Shown here: one piece after another, positions 28,892-37,142 of the stretch | Position numbering within the stretch: position 1 is the stretch's first letter | Layout of the letters: every line of letters begins with the position of its first letter | Source of the DNA: a virus | DNA length: 43,226 bases | IMG/VR virus record: IMGVR_UViG_3300005467_000006 | Location: 1 to 43,226 of that record | Direction: 5' to 3' (one strand) | Translations under genes and position numbers: made by a program | The notes under the pieces: generated by a model | Seen by the model: the letters and a program-made list of their open reading frames with translations, nothing else | Databases searched by the model: none | Told to the model about the DNA's origin: nothing

Positions 28892-29254
28892 ATGGACGAC
28901 CTCAACATCTGGAAGCTGCTTGCACAGTACGGTCTCGCCGGCATCTTCGCCGGCATCATCGGCTGGATCCTCTACCGCGTCGGCCTGCGCATGATCGCGG
29001 CGATCGACAACCTCGTCGCGAAGGTCACCGCGGCGATCGACAAGCTCGGCGACAAGCTCGACGCGCACACGAAGGTCGACGTCGAGTACCACAACGAGGT
29101 TCAACAAGACCTCGTAGCAATCAAGACGCGCATCGATACCGCGCTCGAGCTGACACCGGTCGAGGGCGTTCGAGTGCAGACGTCGCCGCGCGGCGTACCG
29201 GTCGGCGAGTACTCGCACCACCGGCCGCGCACTCGCAATGATGGAGACCGCTGA
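28892..29254 (+). CDS. Lysis-cassette membrane protein (one N-terminal TM helix + coiled coil; holin or i-spanin-like)
   Basis: TM segment LAQYGLAGIFAGIIGWILY followed by a helical periplasmic-type region. AGGAG RBS. Confidence 0.55.
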   Translation: MDDLNIWKLLAQYGLAGIFAGIIGWILYRVGLRMIAAIDNLVAKVTAAIDKLGDKLDAHTKVDVEYHNEVQQDLVAIKTRIDTALELTPVEGVRVQTSPRGVPVGEYSHHRPRTRNDGDR

Positions 29255-29538
29255 TGTTCGACAGTGGCGAGCACAAGGTCGTCGACGTCGAGCACTTCTC
29301 CATCGCGCGGCCGCGCGTACCTACGAAGGAGCTGACGATGCAAGTAATGCACGAAGGCGCGTGGCACCGGCGGTTGCCGGACCTGTCGGCGACGGCGTGC
29401 GGTTCCAAGATCCACTCGCAATTCACCCCGCCACGGCGCGAAGAGCTGACGCATCCGCTGTGCCCGACGTGCCACACGCCGTTCGAGCTCGCACTCGCCG
29501 ACAAGGCGCAGCTCGAGGCGGAGGAGAAGAGCGAGTGA
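29254..29538 (+). CDS. Hypothetical protein in the lysis cassette (CxxC-containing)
   Basis: 1-nt start/stop overlap. Confidence 0.5.
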   Translation: MFDSGEHKVVDVEHFSIARPRVPTKELTMQVMHEGAWHRRLPDLSATACGSKIHSQFTPPRREELTHPLCPTCHTPFELALADKAQLEAEEKSE

Positions 29539-29642
29539 TCGCCGAGCTCGTCCGCACTGTGCTCGTCAACCTGCTTGCGGCGGCGCTCGCGATCGCGGGC
29601 CTGTCGTTTCTTTTCTTCCCCAGCCCATGGAGGGCAGCATGA
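29535..29642 (+). CDS. 35-aa single-TM peptide
   Basis: GTGA coupling at 29535 and ATGA coupling at its stop. Hydrophobic core LVNLLAAALAIAGLSFLFF. Confidence 0.4.
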   Translation: MIAELVRTVLVNLLAAALAIAGLSFLFFPSPWRAA

Positions 29643-30223
29643 AGCCTGGCTACAAGACGACCGAATTCTGGCTGACCCTGCTCGCAAACACGATCGGCGC
29701 GCTGCTCACGAGCGGGCTGATCGCCGACGGTTCGACGCTAGCGCGCGTGCTCGGCGTGATCATGATGGTGCTGTCGACGCTCGGCTACAACGTCAGCCGC
29801 GGCATGGCGAAGGGCGGCGAAGCGAAGCCACCGACGAGCGAAGGCGGCTTCGCGCGCGTGCCGATGCTGCTCGTGATCGCGATGGTCGGCGTGATGATCG
29901 CGTGTGGTGCGAGCGCCCGCGAGAAGGCGCTGCGCACGACCTTCGTCGCCGCGACGACCGCACAAGCCGGTTTCGTCGAGTGGGACAAGGAGCATCAGCT
30001 GCAGATCGCGCGAGACGCACCGTCGAAGCTGATTGCACTCGCCGAGCTCACGACCTACCGCGAGAAGCGCGCCGGCGTCGTCGACGCGTTCGAGGCGGTC
30101 TACCGCGCGATCGCGGCCGCGGCGCTGCTCGAGCAGGACCACAAGAGCCTGGCCAGCGCGCTCGGCGCGTTCGAGCAGCTCCGCCTCGCGCTGTCACTAC
30201 TCACCGGAGGGCAAGTGCCATGA
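29639..30223 (+). CDS. Holin-like protein (two N-terminal TM helices) continuous with a lipobox-containing C-terminal half
   Basis: TEFWLTLLANTIGALLTSGLI and LARVLGVIMMVLSTLGY helices, then MLLVIAMVGVMIAC|GAS (lipobox-like) starting at internal ATG 29864. Confidence 0.55.
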   Translation: MKPGYKTTEFWLTLLANTIGALLTSGLIADGSTLARVLGVIMMVLSTLGYNVSRGMAKGGEAKPPTSEGGFARVPMLLVIAMVGVMIACGASAREKALRTTFVAATTAQAGFVEWDKEHQLQIARDAPSKLIALAELTTYREKRAGVVDAFEAVYRAIAAAALLEQDHKSLASALGAFEQLRLALSLLTGGQVP

Positions 30224-30477
30224 CCGCACGCACGATGCTGCAGATGGCTGAGGCCGCGATCGGCGCGCTCGAGACCATCGAGAAGCTGACGAACGTTGGT
30301 GGCGACAAGGCCGAGCCTGCACTCGCTGCGATCCGCGGCGTGCTCGCGGCCCTGCGCGAGGGCTTCGACGGCAACCTCTCCGCGCAGGGCGTGCTGCTGC
30401 AGATCGAGTCGCTGCACGCGGCGATCGCGAGCAACGACGCCGCGGCGATCGCCGAGCTCGCGAAGAGGTTCCCGTGA
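30220..30477 (+). CDS. Hypothetical helical protein in the lysis cassette
   Basis: ATGA coupling at 30220 and GTGA coupling at its stop. Confidence 0.5.
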   Translation: MTARTMLQMAEAAIGALETIEKLTNVGGDKAEPALAAIRGVLAALREGFDGNLSAQGVLLQIESLHAAIASNDAAAIAELAKRFP

Positions 30478-31262
30478 TCCTCGCGCTCGGTTCGCACAGC
30501 GAAGACGTGCGAACGCTGCAGACCGTGCTCAAGTCGCTCGGGTTCTACGCCGACGAGCTCGACGGCGAGTTCGGCCCGAAGACCGAGCTCGCGGTGCGGC
30601 AGTTCCAGGTCGCGCGGGGCCTCGTGAGCGACGGCATCGTCGGCTCGAAGACGTGGACCGAGGTCCTCAAGCCCTTGAGCGAAGTCCTCATGCGGATCGC
30701 GAGCGCCGACCACCTCGGGCCGGTGCGGCCGTTCCCGCGCGAGCGCTGCTTCCCGTTGCGTTGCCTGCAGGACGGTCGCAAGCCGGTCGTCACGAGCGGA
30801 CACAAGGTGCGCAACCCCGATCGGCCAAAGCACTACGGCGTCGATCTGTTCTACGCGTACAAGGCCGGCGATCAGCCGATGAAGATCGGCGACGGCGGCC
30901 GCACCGCACGATGGTGGATCCCTCAGAATACGTGGTCGATCGCGCCGTTCGCCGGCCGCATCGTGATCGCCGGCGACTCCGCGACGGGCAAGCGTGTGTG
31001 GCTTGCGCATCCGAGCGGCTGGAACGCCGGCTTCTTCCACCTCGACATGCTCGCTGGCAACGTCGTCGGCGACGAGCTCGAGCTGGGGCACGACATCGGC
31101 CGCGTGTTTCACAACCCGTCGCCGGACCCCGACGCGATCCACCTGCACTTCGAACTCTACTGGGGCGACATCGTCGACGACGTCAAACACGGGCGCTACC
31201 CGCACGGCACCGTCGATCCCGAGCTGATGCTCGCGACGACGCCGTACCTCGCTGCGGCTTAG
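30474..31262 (+). CDS. Endolysin: PG_binding_1 domain + M23 metallopeptidase domain
   Basis: LQTVLKSLGFYADELDGEFGPKTELAVRQFQ (peptidoglycan-binding repeat). HYGVD (HxxxD) and HLHFE (HxH) M23 motifs. Confidence 0.8.
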   Translation: MILALGSHSEDVRTLQTVLKSLGFYADELDGEFGPKTELAVRQFQVARGLVSDGIVGSKTWTEVLKPLSEVLMRIASADHLGPVRPFPRERCFPLRCLQDGRKPVVTSGHKVRNPDRPKHYGVDLFYAYKAGDQPMKIGDGGRTARWWIPQNTWSIAPFAGRIVIAGDSATGKRVWLAHPSGWNAGFFHLDMLAGNVVGDELELGHDIGRVFHNPSPDPDAIHLHFELYWGDIVDDVKHGRYPHGTVDPELMLATTPYLAAA

Positions 31263-31624
31263 GGTGGATCGCAGTAGCAAACGCGCGCGGCGCTCGTCTC
31301 GAAAGCGAACCTCTCGACGCCACCGACGCTCGTGCACTTGCCGAAGCCACCGCCGGCGAGGCTCACCGATTCACAAAACGGCCTGCAGATTCCCAAAGGC
31401 GTGCAGTAGGCCTTGGGGTACGGCAGCTCGAGACGGCACTGGACCTCGACACCGAGCGTCGATGGCGGATCGCAGGCCTCGCCGAAGAAGTCGGGCGTCC
31501 CCGTTGGCACGTCGATGAGAGGTGCGCTGTCGATCGGTGCGTCGGGCATTACCGTGCGGACATCATCACAGCCGACCACCAGGACTAGCACCACCCAAGC
31601 CGCAGATCGCATCGGCTCCATCAT
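31259..31624 (-). CDS. Cys-rich lipoprotein (moron, opposite strand)
   Basis: Signal peptide with lipobox VVLVLVVGC, eight further Cys. The stop overlaps the endolysin stop (convergent TTAG). Confidence 0.7.
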   Translation of the reverse strand: MMEPMRSAAWVVLVLVVGCDDVRTVMPDAPIDSAPLIDVPTGTPDFFGEACDPPSTLGVEVQCRLELPYPKAYCTPLGICRPFCESVSLAGGGFGKCTSVGGVERFAFETSAARVCYCDPP

Positions 31625-31659
31625 TGAGGACGGCTGCCCGAAAGGTCAATGCAGCATTA

Positions 31660-31679
31660 TGCGGCGGCAGGAACCGCCG
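31660..31679 (-). terminator. GC hairpin (GCGGCGG-N6-CCGCCGC) downstream of the 31702..31911 gene
   Basis: Read directly. There is no clear U-tract, so it is weak as an intrinsic terminator. Confidence 0.25.
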
Positions 31680-31701
31680 CAACCTGCGAGGCGGTTGGGG
31701 C

Positions 31702-31911
31702 CTAGCGGCTGCGGCCGCCGGACCAGCCGACGTTCTGCTGCTGCGGCAGGTACTGGCGGCGCTCGGGCTCGGCTGGGTTGTAGACCTCGCCGCTGCGCGC
31801 GACCTCTAGGCCGAGCGCAGCGATGGTATCGAGGACGGTGCGGCGGAGCTGGTCGCGATCAGCTGTCGTATCGGCTGCAGCAACGCGCTCGAGGACTGCG
31901 TCGAGCTTCAT
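31702..31911 (-). CDS. Hypothetical protein downstream of the integrase
   Basis: ATG ORF with GC3 bias. Confidence 0.5.
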   Translation of the reverse strand: MKLDAVLERVAAADTTADRDQLRRTVLDTIAALGLEVARSGEVYNPAEPERRQYLPQQQNVGWSGGRSR

Positions 31912-31942
31912 ACGAAATCACGCTAGCAGACGGGTCCGACAG

Positions 31943-33553
31943 CTAAGCAACTAAGCGGATTCGCAGCGGCTCGTACCGATCGCTTTCGTGGTGCACATCC
32001 CAAGACGATGCGTCCACGAGAGAGACCGCGCAGGCGGGCGCGACGCGAGACATTGCCGCTACCGGTGGCTCCGCCAGGAGCTGAATCTCGCGTCCGTGGA
32101 AAGTGATCGAGCCCGGTGGTAGGAACATCACCACGAGCTCGCGGCGGGCCTCGAGCGACGCGTTCGGCAGTGCGCCGGCCATCTTCGCGAGCGTCGCCTT
32201 CGCGTCGTCTACGAGCGCGCGGTGCGTGGTCGCCTGCAGCGCTGCGCCTTCGGCGAACTTGAGCTGCTCGCGCAACGAGTCTCGTTCGCGGCCGAGCCGG
32301 TCGAGCTCGAGGTCGAGAGCGCGCTCGCTGACGGTGCCGCGGCTGAGGCGCTGCAGCAGAAGCGACTCGGACCGATCAAGCAGCGCGATCCGCCTCGCGT
32401 ACTCGGCCGCGTCGGCCTTCCAGTCGTGCGGGTCGTCGGCCTGCGCGCGCCGTTGGTCGAGTGCGGCTTCGATCAGTGCAGGTGTTTGGATCAGGCGCGA
32501 CAGCGAGGTCCATACACGCGCATCGGCCTCGGCCACGGTGATAATGGTCGCCTCACAGCGCTCTACGTCGCGCAGCTCGAGCTTCCTTCGGCGACACACG
32601 TATGCGGCTGGATGGTAGCGCTCGCCAGTCGACGGCTTGATCGCGCCGGTCGCGGAGCGTACGAGCATCGGCGATCCGCACGCACCGCACCGCGCGAGGC
32701 CTTCGAGCAGGTACGTGTGCTTCGTCCGGCGCAGACCTCGCTTCTTGTGCTGCAGCAACGCGACCTGCGCGCGCTGCCACAGCTCCTCGGTCACGATCGG
32801 CGGCACGGTGATCGTCAGCTTGCGCTTCTTGTCGACGGTCCATTCGCCGACGGCGTGTCGTGATCGCACGATGCCCCACACCCGATGCCGGCTCCACGTG
32901 CCACGCGGCCGCGGAATGCCGCGACGGTGAAAGTCGTCCGCGATCGAGAAGCAGCTCTCGCCGGCGGCAACGCGCTCGAACATCTCGATCACGATCGGAC
33001 CACGCACGGGATCGACTGACCACGCGCCGGTCGCGCGGTCGTACGCGAGACCGTACGGCGTCGGGCCCGACGGCTTTCGGCTGCGCTGAATCGCGGTGAT
33101 CTTCCCCTGCACGGTGCGCTCGCGGCGTTTGCGGTTCTCTTCAGCGGCGAAGAAGGTCTGCAGCGTGCTGAACAGATCGCCGATCGATGTCGACAGGTCG
33201 AGAACCTGGCCGGTCGTGGCCGACGCGATCTTGACGCCGGCGCGCTGGAACGCTCCGAGGATCGCGCCGCGCTCGGCGAGGTCCTCCGCGCGCGTCAGAC
33301 GATCGAGGTCGACCACCACGACGACATCGAAGACGCCGGCGGCCGCGTCGCGCAGCAGCAGTGCAAGCCCGGCGCGCTGCGCGAGCTTGCCCGACTTCGC
33401 GGAGAAGCCATCGTCGACGTACGTGTCGGCGGGGCGCACCAGCGTCCAGCCCATGCGCGCGATGAACTCGGGCAGCACGCGCAGCTGCGATGCGATCGTG
33501 TCGCGGTCGCGCTGCAGCGCCGAGCTCACTCTTGCGTATAGAACCGCACGCAT
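31943..33553 (-). CDS. int: Large serine recombinase (integrase)
   Basis: N-terminal resolvase domain MRAVLYARVSS..QRDRDTIASQ with catalytic Ser, a recombinase domain, a Cys4 zinc-ribbon (CGACGSP...C) and a coiled-coil C-terminal region. 536 aa. Confidence 0.9.
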   Translation of the reverse strand: MRAVLYARVSSALQRDRDTIASQLRVLPEFIARMGWTLVRPADTYVDDGFSAKSGKLAQRAGLALLLRDAAAGVFDVVVVVDLDRLTRAEDLAERGAILGAFQRAGVKIASATTGQVLDLSTSIGDLFSTLQTFFAAEENRKRRERTVQGKITAIQRSRKPSGPTPYGLAYDRATGAWSVDPVRGPIVIEMFERVAAGESCFSIADDFHRRGIPRPRGTWSRHRVWGIVRSRHAVGEWTVDKKRKLTITVPPIVTEELWQRAQVALLQHKKRGLRRTKHTYLLEGLARCGACGSPMLVRSATGAIKPSTGERYHPAAYVCRRRKLELRDVERCEATIITVAEADARVWTSLSRLIQTPALIEAALDQRRAQADDPHDWKADAAEYARRIALLDRSESLLLQRLSRGTVSERALDLELDRLGRERDSLREQLKFAEGAALQATTHRALVDDAKATLAKMAGALPNASLEARRELVVMFLPPGSITFHGREIQLLAEPPVAAMSRVAPACAVSLVDASSWDVHHESDRYEPLRIRLVA

Positions 33554-33556
33554 CGA

Positions 33557-33718
33557 TCACCGACCTTGCCCGGGAGTGAGTAGCCGTTGCAACCACCGAT
33601 CGAACCGAGCGAGCAACGTCGGGTCCTCGGATGGCTTCGTCTCGAGGAGGACCGTCACCGGCTCGCGGGGCCGCTTCGCTTCGACGCGCGCAATGCGCTG
33701 ACGCCGGCGACTGGTCAC
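33557..33718 (-). CDS. Hypothetical small basic protein
   Basis: GTG 33718 overlaps the upstream stop (GTGA). Ends 3 nt before the int ATG. Confidence 0.45.
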   Translation of the reverse strand: MTSRRRQRIARVEAKRPREPVTVLLETKPSEDPTLLARFDRWLQRLLTPGQGR

Positions 33719-33981
33719 CAGGGAACTCCGCCGCCGGCGACGTCGACCGGCGGGATCGCGCACCACTCAGCCGTAAGCAGGGCGAGCTCGTGATCGGCGA
33801 GACGCCGGCGCGCGTGCAGCACCGTCGTCGCGCGTTCGCGACGCGTGTCACCCGTCCCGACGCCTTCGAGCAGCGCGAGCGCGGACCGCTTTAGCAGCTC
33901 GCGCGTGCGCTCGTCGCAAAAGACCCACGGGATCGGGCCCGAGCGACTATGCACGCAGACACTCGCGTGCCACACGGGCAC
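33715..33981 (-). CDS. Hypothetical protein
   Basis: GTG start. GC3 bias. Confidence 0.55.
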   Translation of the reverse strand: MPVWHASVCVHSRSGPIPWVFCDERTRELLKRSALALLEGVGTGDTRRERATTVLHARRRLADHELALLTAEWCAIPPVDVAGGGVPW

Positions 33982-33999
33982 GCCGGCGAACGCGTCGAG

Positions 34000-34116
34000 T
34001 CACTTGTTTACCGTGAGGATCGTCGACAGCGTGAGCGCGCCGATCTTCATGGCCCGGAAGAATTCGGTCGCGAGGGCCTCGTCAGCGCGCGCACACGGCG
34101 TGCGGATCGCGATCAA
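34000..34116 (-). CDS. Possible 38-aa ORF (TTG start; below the ORF-track cut-off)
   Basis: My manual translation gives LIAIRTPCARADEALATEFFRAMKIGALTLSTILTVNK. It fills an otherwise empty gap in a tightly packed operon. Confidence 0.3.
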   Translation of the reverse strand: MIAIRTPCARADEALATEFFRAMKIGALTLSTILTVNK

Positions 34117-34127
34117 CTGGCGCGCGT

Positions 34128-34397
34128 TCACTTCTCGCCTCGCCACTTCGACGCGTCAGGGCAGCGCGCGAAGTGGTTCGTGTAGCGCTGCGGCTGAGGC
34201 CCAGCGCCGAGCTCGAGCTGCTGGGGCGGCGGACCGACGTGCCGCGCGGTTCCGTTCTCGAGGACGTATTCGCCCTTTTCGTCCGGCTCGAACGGTGCCT
34301 TCTTGCCGCCGAGCGTGTAGGCCCACTCGACGTCGGCCTTGCACGAACGACACTTGCCCTTATTGAGGCCGCGATGGAGGACGAGCTCGCTACCCAT
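34128..34397 (-). CDS. Hypothetical protein (CxxC)
   Basis: ATG ORF with GC3 bias. Confidence 0.6.
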   Translation of the reverse strand: MGSELVLHRGLNKGKCRSCKADVEWAYTLGGKKAPFEPDEKGEYVLENGTARHVGPPPQQLELGAGPQPQRYTNHFARCPDASKWRGEK

Positions 34398-34620
34398 TGC
34401 TTGGCTCCTTCGTCGGAAGCGAACCAGCGCGGATCCGCTCGACCGAGACCAACACGCGGTGCATGAACAGCTGTGGGTCGATGCCAGTGTGCTCGAGCAC
34501 CGAGGCCACGACGAGCTGCAGCGCAGTCATCGCTTCGGCGGGATGCGCGCCGTTCAGCAGGCGCACGACCTTGTTCGCGAGGTACTTGGCGCGCTCGACG
34601 CCGGCGTCGGACTCGTCCAT
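34390..34620 (-). CDS. Hypothetical protein
   Basis: ATG 34620 overlaps the ParB-like stop by 1 nt. Confidence 0.6.
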   Translation of the reverse strand: MDESDAGVERAKYLANKVVRLLNGAHPAEAMTALQLVVASVLEHTGIDPQLFMHRVLVSVERIRAGSLPTKEPSNG

Positions 34621-36398
34621 TACTTGCCCTTGCCTTTCTTCGCCTTCTTCGCCGGTGCTTGCTTAGCGGGCTCCTTCTTCTTGGCGTCCTTCGCGGCGTC
34701 CGCCTTCTCCTCGGCCTTGGCGGCGGCCTTCGCTGCGTCGACGGCCTTGTCCCAGTCGATACCACCGAGCTTGAGTGCCTCGTCAAAGAGGTCGTGGTCG
34801 TGCTTGGACTGGAATCCGCTGATCTTGCCGTCGGCGTGTTCTGCCAGGAGGATCTTCACGACGAGAGCACGCACCTCGCCTAGCGTCTTCGCGACGAAGA
34901 TCTTGTCGCCGTAGTCATCGTGAAAGGAGCAGTCGAGCTGCTCGAGATACTCGTTGGTCGCGGCGCTTCCCGCTTCGCACACGACCCGCGACGCGGCACG
35001 GCCGATCCAGCGAAGCCACGCGAGGTTCTTCTTGTAGTCGGCGCTGTCGTCGCCGGCCTTCGACACCGAGCCGATCTGTTCGAGCACGCGGGTGAATGCC
35101 GCCATGTGGAGCTCGCGCTTCGAGTTCTCCTTCTTCCGGTCGGCGTAGTTCGAGTTCGACGAACTGCTGGCCTTTGGCTTCGCCGGCTTGTCGATCTTGC
35201 CCTCGTCGAGCAGGATCTTCTTCGCGGCGCCCTTGTCGAGCAGCTCGCGCGGCGCGCCGCTCTCATCCTGCACGAGCACGCGCGGCACCTCGTCGGCACG
35301 CTTGCCTAGCAGCTTCTTCCAGGTCGCCTTCGAGCCGGGCGACTTCTGCAGGTCGTACGGAAGCTGCGCATCGAGCTCGACATACGGCGAGTCGCTAGTG
35401 ATCGACACTCCGTCGTAACCGAAGACCTTCTCCTTCTTCGCGTCGTCGACGACGGCGAGCCCACGTTCCTTCGCGGACGCGGCGGCCCTCTTCCATGCCG
35501 CTTGATTCTTCTCCTCGTAGCACGATGGGCGCAGACAGAGGTCGTCGCCCTTCACTTCGACGAGACCTGGGAGTTGAGGCTGATTGCCGCTTCGATGCGG
35601 GCACGACGTGCAGGCGCCTGCACTCGTGAGGCCTGCGTCGCTCGTACTGAACTTCGCGAGCGCCAGCTTCGTCGTGAACTTCTGGCGGATCAGCGCCTTC
35701 GTCGCGCGGTAGCTGAGCAGCTGCGCATCCTGATGTTGACGCGCCCACTTGCCGTCCTCGGATACGAGCTCGTGCTGAATGCCGATGGTCTCGAGATCGT
35801 CGACGATCTCGTCGTCGTCTCTGTGGTCCAGTTTGCCAAGCACAATGCGTGTGCACTGCTCCTGCAGCTTCGCGTCGCCGAGGCGCGCGATCAGCTCGGC
35901 GTGTGCCATTGGCAACCGACCCTCGAGAACGGCCTTGCGCGGGCCCGGCGCGAGGTCCTTCGCGAGCTTGATGCGTCCGTAGATGTACGCCTTCGACCGG
36001 CCGGTCTTCGCGATGATCTGCTCTTCGGTGTAGCCGTGCTTGTTGAGCAGCTGCCAGTAGCCCTCGCCCTCTTCGATCGGGTGGACATCCTTGCGCTGCA
36101 GGTTCTCGACGATCAGCTGCTCGATAACCTGGTCGTCGGTGAGGTCGACGACGATCGCCGGAATGAGGTCGAGCTCGGCCGCGCAGGCCGCGCGCCAGCG
36201 CCGCTCGCCGAAGACGAGCTCGAACGTGCCGGGCTTGCCGTTGGGCCGAACGCGGATCGGCTGCAGCACGCCGTGGATGCGGATGCTGTCGGCGAGTTCC
36301 TTGTCCTCGGTGCCGCCGAACGTCTTGCGGTACTGATAGGGAGACGGAACGATCTTGTCGACGGGAAGTTGTGCGTAGTTTCCTGGTGCTTCGGTCAT
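34620..36398 (-). CDS. ParB/Srx-like N-terminal domain protein (592 aa) with a Lys/Ala-rich C-terminal tail
   Basis: IHGVLQPIRVRP....FELVFGERRWRAA is the ParB-box motif. AGGAGA RBS before ATG 36398. No ParA partner in the window. Confidence 0.8.
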   Translation of the reverse strand: MTEAPGNYAQLPVDKIVPSPYQYRKTFGGTEDKELADSIRIHGVLQPIRVRPNGKPGTFELVFGERRWRAACAAELDLIPAIVVDLTDDQVIEQLIVENLQRKDVHPIEEGEGYWQLLNKHGYTEEQIIAKTGRSKAYIYGRIKLAKDLAPGPRKAVLEGRLPMAHAELIARLGDAKLQEQCTRIVLGKLDHRDDDEIVDDLETIGIQHELVSEDGKWARQHQDAQLLSYRATKALIRQKFTTKLALAKFSTSDAGLTSAGACTSCPHRSGNQPQLPGLVEVKGDDLCLRPSCYEEKNQAAWKRAAASAKERGLAVVDDAKKEKVFGYDGVSITSDSPYVELDAQLPYDLQKSPGSKATWKKLLGKRADEVPRVLVQDESGAPRELLDKGAAKKILLDEGKIDKPAKPKASSSSNSNYADRKKENSKRELHMAAFTRVLEQIGSVSKAGDDSADYKKNLAWLRWIGRAASRVVCEAGSAATNEYLEQLDCSFHDDYGDKIFVAKTLGEVRALVVKILLAEHADGKISGFQSKHDHDLFDEALKLGGIDWDKAVDAAKAAAKAEEKADAAKDAKKKEPAKQAPAKKAKKGKGK

Positions 36399-37060
36399 GG
36401 TTCTCCTAGTTCGCGCTCGGCCTCCGCCAGCGCGGCGTTGATTTCCGCCGCGAGCTCGTGCGAGCCGCCGGCGTCGGGATGGGCGTTCTTGATCAGCTTG
36501 CGGTGCTGGATCTTCACGATGTCGGCGAGCAGCTCGTTCGGCGTCGCGGCGCGCACGGCCGCGTTGATACCGAGGACCTCCCACCAGGGGCGCTTCTTCG
36601 GTGGTGGTGCCGGGCTCGGGCTACCAGGCGGCAGCGCGGCGAAGCCGGTGAACGCTCGGTTCACGACGTCGCCGGCACCCCATCGCGCGAGTCCGCGCAT
36701 CGCTTCGATCGAGAGCGCGATCGCGCGCATGTTCTCGGCATGCGTTCGCCACTTGTCGCAGGCGAATACGCGCTCGTCGACGCGCCCGGTAACGATGTTC
36801 GGCATGGCGAACCAGACGGCAACGCCGACGTCGGATGCGCGACTATCGGCGTAGGGCAAGCCATCGCGACGAGTCGGAAGGTCTGTCGTAATCACGATGT
36901 TGGCCGCCCCCAAGCGCTCGAGCTCGAGCAGCAGCCCATCGCGCGCGATGCTCAGACCGATCTTGTAGATGCCTTTGCCAAATCGCGAGTCGATGCGTTC
37001 GTGCGCTGGCGTTCGCGGCCAGCCGTCGGGCCACTGCAACGGAAATGGTTCTCTTGCCAT
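36395..37060 (-). CDS. J-domain (DnaJ-like) protein
   Basis: C-terminal J domain with KLIKNAHPDAGGS (HPD motif). The N-terminus FPLQWPDGWPRTP is typical of a phage-associated family as I recall it. Start ATG 37060 lies 2 nt after the tRNA. Confidence 0.75.
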   Translation of the reverse strand: MAREPFPLQWPDGWPRTPAHERIDSRFGKGIYKIGLSIARDGLLLELERLGAANIVITTDLPTRRDGLPYADSRASDVGVAVWFAMPNIVTGRVDERVFACDKWRTHAENMRAIALSIEAMRGLARWGAGDVVNRAFTGFAALPPGSPSPAPPPKKRPWWEVLGINAAVRAATPNELLADIVKIQHRKLIKNAHPDAGGSHELAAEINAALAEAERELGEP

Positions 37061-37062
37061 CG

Positions 37063-37133
37063 TGACGCGTGCGGGAATCGAACCCGCGTTGGCCGATGGA
37101 AAGTCGGCCGTCCTGCCACTAAACGAACGCGTC
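37063..37133 (-). tRNA. tRNA-Glu (anticodon UUC), 71 nt, no encoded CCA
   Basis: Hand-folded cloverleaf: acceptor GACGCGT/ACGCGTC, D arm GTTT-AGTGGCA-GGAC, anticodon arm GCCGA-CTTTCCA-TCGGC, variable CAAC, T arm GCGGG-TTCGATT-CCCGC, discriminator A. The architecture parallels E. coli tRNA-Glu. Position 37 is C, which is atypical. Confidence 0.8.
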
Positions 37134-37142
37134 GACCGCGAA

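Noticed and set aside
31625-31942. Candidate attP for the serine integrase in the non-coding stretches flanking the small gene downstream of int (for example palindrome AATGC-A-GCATT at 31647-31657).
   Set aside because: Only 5-bp arms are present and there is no way to verify without the bacterial attB or attL/attR. Not assignable from sequence alone.
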